Of a stretch of DNA of 64,000 nucleotides, positions 59,056 through 64,000 are shown piece after piece; the first letter of the stretch is position 1; each line of letters opens with the position of its first letter. Source of the DNA: an uncultured virus (IMG/VR IMGVR_UViG_3300034061_003767). Taxonomy: Duplodnaviria > Heunggongvirae > Uroviricota > Caudoviricetes. The notes under the pieces are model-generated. The model ran no database searches. It was given only the letters and a program-made list of their open reading frames with translations, and was not told where the DNA came from. The translations under genes were made by a program, and so were the position numbers. Where the stretch lies: the IMG/VR virus record IMGVR_UViG_3300034061_003767, one strand, 5' to 3'.

Positions 59056-59107
59056 ATTTTAATACAATTATAATGTGATTGTTAATACTATTGATTAGTA
59101 TACACAA

Positions 59108-61147
59108 TTATCTATAAATTCCTTTATATATATCATCGTTAGCTGCTCCTGTAAACCAAGTTGGTCCTTTATATAGTTCTCCGTTAGTACTCTTTTTAAA
59201 ATCATCACGTAAATTTGATCCTATAATATCAAATGTCACTGGAGTTAAACATCTATTTATTTGCCTTGCTAACATGTTTGCTATGATTAGAGCGCTATAT
59301 CTATCTTTTCTTAACTTGCCCTTTTTACCATTAGGAAGTTTAACTTCTGGAGTATCCCATCTATCTCTTCCTCCTGAACCTGTACTTGTTTGACTCATAA
59401 CAATAGTTGTAAGCTCGTTTTTTAGTTCTTCTATTTCTAGAATACAATCGCTTTGATTATCATATATATTATTAAAATCTGTTTCCATAATATCTTTATT
59501 TTCTTTGTCCAAAGCTAAAGCTAAACTAATTTGGTCAAATCTTGGAAATAATAAAACTTTATCTTCTAAATCTTTCCTAAGACCATGATTAGCTTGACTA
59601 GTCCAGTCTGCTCTAGCAAATTGAACTAATTCTAAAATGTGAAGTCCTGGCTGATCATCTGTATCTTTTGGTTTGTTGTTATCTATAGTTGGCCAAATTA
59701 AAGATTCTCCGTCTTCTAACTTACCAGGATCGTGTAAGGCTTCTTCTATGGCTACTCCTCCACCCTGAGCATCCATGCCAATTTTGGCTGGTGGAAAAGT
59801 TTTCATAAGATTACGTATTTTTCTAGCACAAAATCCATAAAAATCATATTCATTAACCAGTCCTGTTTTTTGTCTATCTTTAAAATTATTTCGATTGGTG
59901 GTCCAACAGTATACTATCCGAGAATGATCAGGATGTATTTCTAAAACCACTATACTAAAATTATCTTTCTCTGAAGCTGGATCTATTCCATAAACATATT
60001 CTAAGTTGAGATTTCCTGTTGTGGACGAGTCGAATACTACAGTTTTACCATTTATAATGATAGGTTTAGTTTCGCTAGCAATACAGCTCTCTATAAGACT
60101 GCGTCTAAAAAATCCATCGCTATCTTCTGTAAAACATGCTGCGTATTCCATGTTGTATATACCGGTATGTATTGTGGCCTTAGCTCGACTAACTTGTTTA
60201 TCATCCATAAAACCTTTAGGAATAAGTTCATATGGTATACGCACAATACTGTAGTCTTGCCAATTAAAATTATCTGGTACTTCTCCTTTAAAAATTTCTT
60301 CTAGTTTGTGTTTGTCTCCACGACTTTCGATAATTGTTTTGTATCTTTTCCAGTAACTAGCAAAGTGTTTAAAGGCGTAGTCTGCTGTGCCGGATATGAT
60401 CGCCTGATTACCTTTTTTGATTTGGACTGCTTCTAATTCATCATTCCATAGTCCTGCTTCTGATAGTGCTTTCTTTTTAGCTTCTTCTTTAACGTTTTGG
60501 ATTGGATTGGCCGACACGGCTGCGAAGCCTGATACTACTGTTTCGTAAATATCTGGTGATATTGATGCGAATTCGTCTGCGATGATAATATGCGCTCTTA
60601 AGCCTCTAATCTTGCTACCATCACCCATAGGAACCGCTATTGTCCAACTTTCACCTAGTCTAATAGTGCATCTATCAACATCTCGACGCGGACCATCATT
60701 GTTTCCTGTGAAGATGCTTCGTAATATGGGACTATTTCGCCACAACGTTTCCATATATTCAAATATGATTTTACTCTGTCGAAAAGCAGCACCCACAACC
60801 ACGATTTTTGTTCCTGGCACAAGCATACAACGTAACACACAATATAGTGCCATCAAAAAGCTTTTACCAAAACCGCGAGAGGCTATAAACATAGGAAATG
60901 GTCTTACCCAAAATTCTTGTAAGATAGCTATTTGAATTGGATGAAGCTCTATATCAAATAACAATTTACAAGTACTACCAAAATACTTAGGATTTCTAAG
61001 CAGTCTTAACAAATGAAGATCAGGATTTTCTATATCTTCCTTTATCCTTCCGATCATAGGATTAGTATCAACTATGATTTTGGAAAGATCACCAAGACCA
61101 AGCCAAGCGTCCTCAAAGATTTTTTTATTTTGTATGATACTGTTCAT
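59108..61147 (-). CDS. terminase large subunit
   Basis: LHPIQ, Walker A SRGFGKS, IRGLRA.IIIADE, RNase H-like GIDPA..D and KDRYSAL. Confidence 0.9.
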   Translation of the reverse strand: MNSIIQNKKIFEDAWLGLGDLSKIIVDTNPMIGRIKEDIENPDLHLLRLLRNPKYFGSTCKLLFDIELHPIQIAILQEFWVRPFPMFIASRGFGKSFLMALYCVLRCMLVPGTKIVVVGAAFRQSKIIFEYMETLWRNSPILRSIFTGNNDGPRRDVDRCTIRLGESWTIAVPMGDGSKIRGLRAHIIIADEFASISPDIYETVVSGFAAVSANPIQNVKEEAKKKALSEAGLWNDELEAVQIKKGNQAIISGTADYAFKHFASYWKRYKTIIESRGDKHKLEEIFKGEVPDNFNWQDYSIVRIPYELIPKGFMDDKQVSRAKATIHTGIYNMEYAACFTEDSDGFFRRSLIESCIASETKPIIINGKTVVFDSSTTGNLNLEYVYGIDPASEKDNFSIVVLEIHPDHSRIVYCWTTNRNNFKDRQKTGLVNEYDFYGFCARKIRNLMKTFPPAKIGMDAQGGGVAIEEALHDPGKLEDGESLIWPTIDNNKPKDTDDQPGLHILELVQFARADWTSQANHGLRKDLEDKVLLFPRFDQISLALALDKENKDIMETDFNNIYDNQSDCILEIEELKNELTTIVMSQTSTGSGGRDRWDTPEVKLPNGKKGKLRKDRYSALIIANMLARQINRCLTPVTFDIIGSNLRDDFKKSTNGELYKGPTWFTGAANDDIYKGIYR

Positions 61148-61589
61148 ATATTCTTTTCATTAAACTAGCAGAAAATTTTTCCGCATTATCAGAATCTCCG
61201 CAAAATACTACTTGTATGTTATATTTTAGTTGTATTTCAATTAGTCTTTTGATAATATAATTACCACTAATACGCAATTTGTCCCATAGCTTTTTAGGAA
61301 TATCACTACCAACTGGAAAACTGTATACTTCATCTAAAGAAAATTCAAAGACCATATATGGATGTTTAATTTTACTTAATCTATCTAAAACATCCGAGAA
61401 TCTACTTTCGCTCAAATTAGTAGCTATTTCGCTAACACTCTTTTTTCTTTCTATAGCTAGTATATTTTCAAAACCTTCTATAGTATAATCTCCGGTATCT
61501 AGCTTTTTTTTAGCCGTATTATGGAAACCAAACTCCCAAGGAATTTGTTCTCTTGTATCAATTATAATTGTAAAAGGGTCTTGATTCAT
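61125..61589 (-). CDS. ERCC4/XPF-type nuclease
   Basis: IIIDTREQ, LDTGDY, IERKKS. Confidence 0.82.
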   Translation of the reverse strand: MNQDPFTIIIDTREQIPWEFGFHNTAKKKLDTGDYTIEGFENILAIERKKSVSEIATNLSESRFSDVLDRLSKIKHPYMVFEFSLDEVYSFPVGSDIPKKLWDKLRISGNYIIKRLIEIQLKYNIQVVFCGDSDNAEKFSASLMKRIYEQYHTK

Positions 61590-61843
61590 TTTAATAATAA
61601 TTTTGTAAAGAATTCTCTATAACTATCTTCATCATTTTTTATGAGCTCGTGATGCAGTCTACAGAGAGTTATACCGTTTTGAGGATGATATCTTAGACCG
61701 GGGAAATCGGCCCATCTGTATATGTGGTGGGCTTGTAATTTTTTAGTATTAGTACAGTTTGGCCATTGACACTTGTGATTGTCTCGAGCATATATTTTTT
61801 TGCGCCATTCTTTATATTGGGGGTCTTGATAATTTCTAGTCAT
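61586..61843 (-). CDS. HNH endonuclease (packaging-associated)
   Basis: RDNHKCQ..C...AHHI...NGITLC..HH. Confidence 0.85.
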   Translation of the reverse strand: MTRNYQDPQYKEWRKKIYARDNHKCQWPNCTNTKKLQAHHIYRWADFPGLRYHPQNGITLCRLHHELIKNDEDSYREFFTKLLLK

Positions 61844-62645
61844 CTAATACTACGCTTTCATGATTTAAGAATGGGCGATCTACAGTATTGTCTTGGTAGT
61901 TGTGATAACCAAATAAATCTTTTTGATATTTTTGTGTGGCCATATGTAAAATTTCCATTTCTTTGCCCTCTTTTTCTCTTAATTCTTCGTCTTCTAGCAT
62001 TCGTATTAGTCCTACCCAGCTACTTTTTCCGTCTTCTATTCTTTTTATTCGTTGTTCTCTAGTAGCTTTTAAATCTTTTCCTATTTTTTGTTGTTCTCCT
62101 AAAAGTTTAGAATATTCGTTAGTATAACTACTAATACTATTTCTAGCAAAACTTAATTGGGTTTCTAGATTAGCTAGTCGTGGAATATCTCTTTGATCTT
62201 CGGGTTTTTCATATTCTTTATCTACTAATTTTTGCAGTTTTTCCGTTTCCGATATGTGTCTTTTTCGCTCTTTCATACTACGATTAATTAGAATATCTAT
62301 AGTAATAAATTGTTTAATTTGAATTTCTTCAGCGGGTAAAACATCCTCTCTAAATTGTTTAATTAATCCTATCCAAATACTTTCAAAATATTCTAGTTCG
62401 CCGCTTTCTTCATCGAATTGGCGCTCTATTTCGTACCAAAAACTTTTACTATGTAGTTTTCTTAAAAGAACTTCATTTTCACTTTTTTCTTCTGTAGAAA
62501 ATAATCTATTTTCATCAATATATCTATTGATAGGGTCTATATTTCTATTTAAACTATTAGCAATTTGTTCTATGCTTAGTTGACCAATGCTATCTCGTAT
62601 GAATTTTTCTTCGTCTAAGCTTAATTGTCCGCGTTTTTTTGCCAT
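61836..62645 (-). CDS. HTH + coiled-coil protein, candidate terminase small subunit
   Basis: N-terminal LSIEQIANSLNR HTH; coiled coil ending LKATREQR; upstream of terL. Confidence 0.45.
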   Translation of the reverse strand: MAKKRGQLSLDEEKFIRDSIGQLSIEQIANSLNRNIDPINRYIDENRLFSTEEKSENEVLLRKLHSKSFWYEIERQFDEESGELEYFESIWIGLIKQFREDVLPAEEIQIKQFITIDILINRSMKERKRHISETEKLQKLVDKEYEKPEDQRDIPRLANLETQLSFARNSISSYTNEYSKLLGEQQKIGKDLKATREQRIKRIEDGKSSWVGLIRMLEDEELREKEGKEMEILHMATQKYQKDLFGYHNYQDNTVDRPFLNHESVVLDD

Positions 62646-63238
62646 AAAATTTCTCTTATATGACTTAGTAATCTATCTTTGTCGCTTTTGGGTACTTTAC
62701 TGCCATTTTTAAGTTTGAGATAAATTAGCCGAAATTCCCCATTAAGATTTTCATCTAGTATTTTTAGTATTTCTATATTTTCTAAAGAATTAGTTCTATG
62801 ATCTAGAAAAATATTACTATAATCTTTAGTTTCTTCTAGAGTGGTAAGATGCATCAAATTCTTTTTATTTTCGTTTCTTTTGCTCCATGTTTCGTATAGA
62901 TCACAATCATATTTGTTACTATATTTTGTGCAGAGAGAATTTTTCTTGTCGAAAAGAGGACAAGAGTAACAGGGTTTGTCGGGCCTTTGATAGTTATCTC
63001 TTTTGTAATTAAAAAGTCGATTGCGAACGTGGGTCCAAAGAAAGTTTTCTAGGGGCCTTTTGTGATCATAATTTTTTAACCCTTCCAAAGCAAAAATGCT
63101 TATCTGTTGCTTCATATCTTCTATATCATGATAGCCAAATTTAAATTTGTAGGCTAATTTTTTAGTAATAATATCTATAACTTTTAATAGTTCGTTTTCA
63201 TCAATCTGGGGATTCGGTCTTTTTTTCTTCTTTTTCAT
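62621..63238 (-). CDS. phage-encoded sigma70-family factor
   Basis: Region-2-like DIEDMKQQ..IFALEGLKNYD..RPLENFLWTHVRNRLFN; Cys insertion. Confidence 0.7.
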   Translation of the reverse strand: MKKKKKRPNPQIDENELLKVIDIITKKLAYKFKFGYHDIEDMKQQISIFALEGLKNYDHKRPLENFLWTHVRNRLFNYKRDNYQRPDKPCYSCPLFDKKNSLCTKYSNKYDCDLYETWSKRNENKKNLMHLTTLEETKDYSNIFLDHRTNSLENIEILKILDENLNGEFRLIYLKLKNGSKVPKSDKDRLLSHIREILWQKNADN

Positions 63239-63353
63239 TAAGAATTTCGCCTAGAGTTTTTTGGGGATCTTCAACATTAAGGTCTTGTGAAATGTCCAAA
63301 TGTGAACTAGCAACTACTTTTAGCTCGCTCGGAATAATATTCTCAATTTTCAT
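63201..63353 (-). CDS. 50-aa acidic hypothetical protein (not in ORF track)
   Basis: AAGGA RBS, ATG 63353, MKIENIIPSELKVVAS...TESPD, TGA at 63201. Confidence 0.5.
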   Translation of the reverse strand: MKIENIIPSELKVVASSHLDISQDLNVEDPQKTLGEILNEKEEKKTESPD

Positions 63354-63390
63354 AATTTGTCCTTGCGTTAAGTGAACAATGTTGTACTAT

Positions 63391-63419
63391 ATAATAAGTT
63401 ATTAGTACACTTTTGTCAA
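63391..63419 (-). promoter_or_regulatory. sigma70-like promoter for the sigma/terminase operon
   Basis: Minus strand TTGACA-17 nt-TATTAT; spacer contains GTGTAC. Confidence 0.55.
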
Positions 63420-63434
63420 AAAGGAACAACTATT

Positions 63435-63659
63435 ATGGGTAATTATAAAAAGTGGAGTGATGCAGAGTTGGGGTTTGTTAGGGATAATATTGAAGTTTTG
63501 AGTGATAGTGAATTGGCCAATAAGCTGAAAGATATGACGGGTGAAAATATTACTACGGGAATGGTAAGACGTCAAAGACGCAAGTTGGGTATTGCTAAAG
63601 CTCGTGGTCGTAGAAAAAAGATCAAAGATACTGCTCCACAGTTACATTCAGAAACCTGA
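63435..63659 (+). CDS. small HTH DNA-binding protein
   Basis: AAGGA RBS; KKWSDAE..F..DN...SDSELA...VRRQRRKLG. Confidence 0.7.
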   Translation: MGNYKKWSDAELGFVRDNIEVLSDSELANKLKDMTGENITTGMVRRQRRKLGIAKARGRRKKIKDTAPQLHSET

Positions 63660-63687
63660 AACAATAATTGTATTCGGTATTCTAAAG

Positions 63688-63717
63688 AAGCATCAGATTC
63701 GTCTGGTGCTTTTTTTT
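63688..63717 (+). terminator. Rho-independent terminator
   Basis: AAGCATCAGA-TTCG-TCTGGTGCTT plus a T run. Confidence 0.85.
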
Positions 63718-63802
63718 GTTTGGTTATGGGGCTAATAAGAAGGTTTAGGTAATACATTTTAGTTATGAGGGGCTTATTGAGTTTGGACCACCGCCGCGTT
63801 TT

Positions 63803-63855
63803 GGGGGTTATACCCCCCATTGGTGGCAAAACAGAAAAACCCCCCATAGGTGGGG
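63803..63855. repeat. GC-rich direct and inverted repeats
   Basis: ACCCCCCATWGGTGG at 63812 and 63839; GGGGGT-TAT-ACCCCC hairpin. Confidence 0.75.
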
Positions 63856-63864
63856 AAAGGCTAT

Positions 63865-63880
63865 AGCAAATCCTGTGCCA
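63865..63880 (-). promoter_or_regulatory. sigma54 (-24/-12) consensus site
   Basis: Minus strand TGGCAC-AGGAT-TTGCT. Confidence 0.55.
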
Positions 63881-63934
63881 AAAACTCGAAAACTTACAAT
63901 GTCGATAGAATATGGTTTCGACTATTTTTTTTAG

Positions 63935-63962
63935 TTGACAATGCCGATACTAAATGTAGGAT
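63935..63962 (+). promoter_or_regulatory. sigma70-like promoter for a gene beyond the window
   Basis: TTGACA-16 nt-TAGGAT; GGAGA RBS-like site at the window end. Confidence 0.5.
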
Positions 63963-64000
63963 AGTGGCATGATTACGATGGAAACCCACAATGGAGATAG

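Noticed and set aside
63572..63847. 91-aa minus-strand ORF downstream of the sigma54 site
   Set aside because: Crosses a terminator and repeats, overlaps the HTH gene antisense, and has no RBS or protein-like features.
1..64000. Stop-codon reassignment
   Set aside because: Genes are long and tightly packed under the standard code, and TAA, TAG and TGA all end genes; the two in-frame TAA junctions have RBS-like sites.
63660..64000. tRNA or other known structured RNA gene
   Set aside because: No cloverleaf or T-loop motif recognised by eye; a covariance-model search would be needed to exclude it.

Overview
AT-rich, gene-dense 64 kb segment of a large tailed dsDNA phage (Caudoviricetes, probably siphovirus-like: tail tube and very long tape measure, no sheath recognised). 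The host cannot be determined from the sequence. There are two convergent arms. The + strand (1-23143) carries recombination and replication genes: RecA, DnaB, primase, dNMP kinase, a Cas4/AddB-like nuclease, a DnaE split into two genes around a DnaQ gene, and SSB. These are followed by a glycosyltransferase/methyltransferase cluster. The - strand (63353 down to 23133) carries a phage sigma factor, HNH and ERCC4 nucleases, terminase, portal, protease/scaffold, capsid, neck and tail genes, a 4189-aa tape measure protein, tail-tip proteins and a mucin-like Thr/Pro protein. Main observations: (1) the tape measure protein holds about 1500 aa of enzyme-like cargo modules (nuclease-like, HAD, GNAT-like, zincin), each bounded by a recurring [FL]xxGG motif, like an injected, cleavable polyprotein; (2) a GT60-type O-GlcNAc transferase cluster abuts mucin-like virion proteins; (3) DnaE is split without an intein; (4) a GTGTAT late-promoter motif recurs before structural genes, alongside a phage sigma factor and a nested scaffold gene; (5) a perfect sigma54 site and GC-rich repeats lie at the right end. 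All family calls come from motif recognition by eye; no database search was run.
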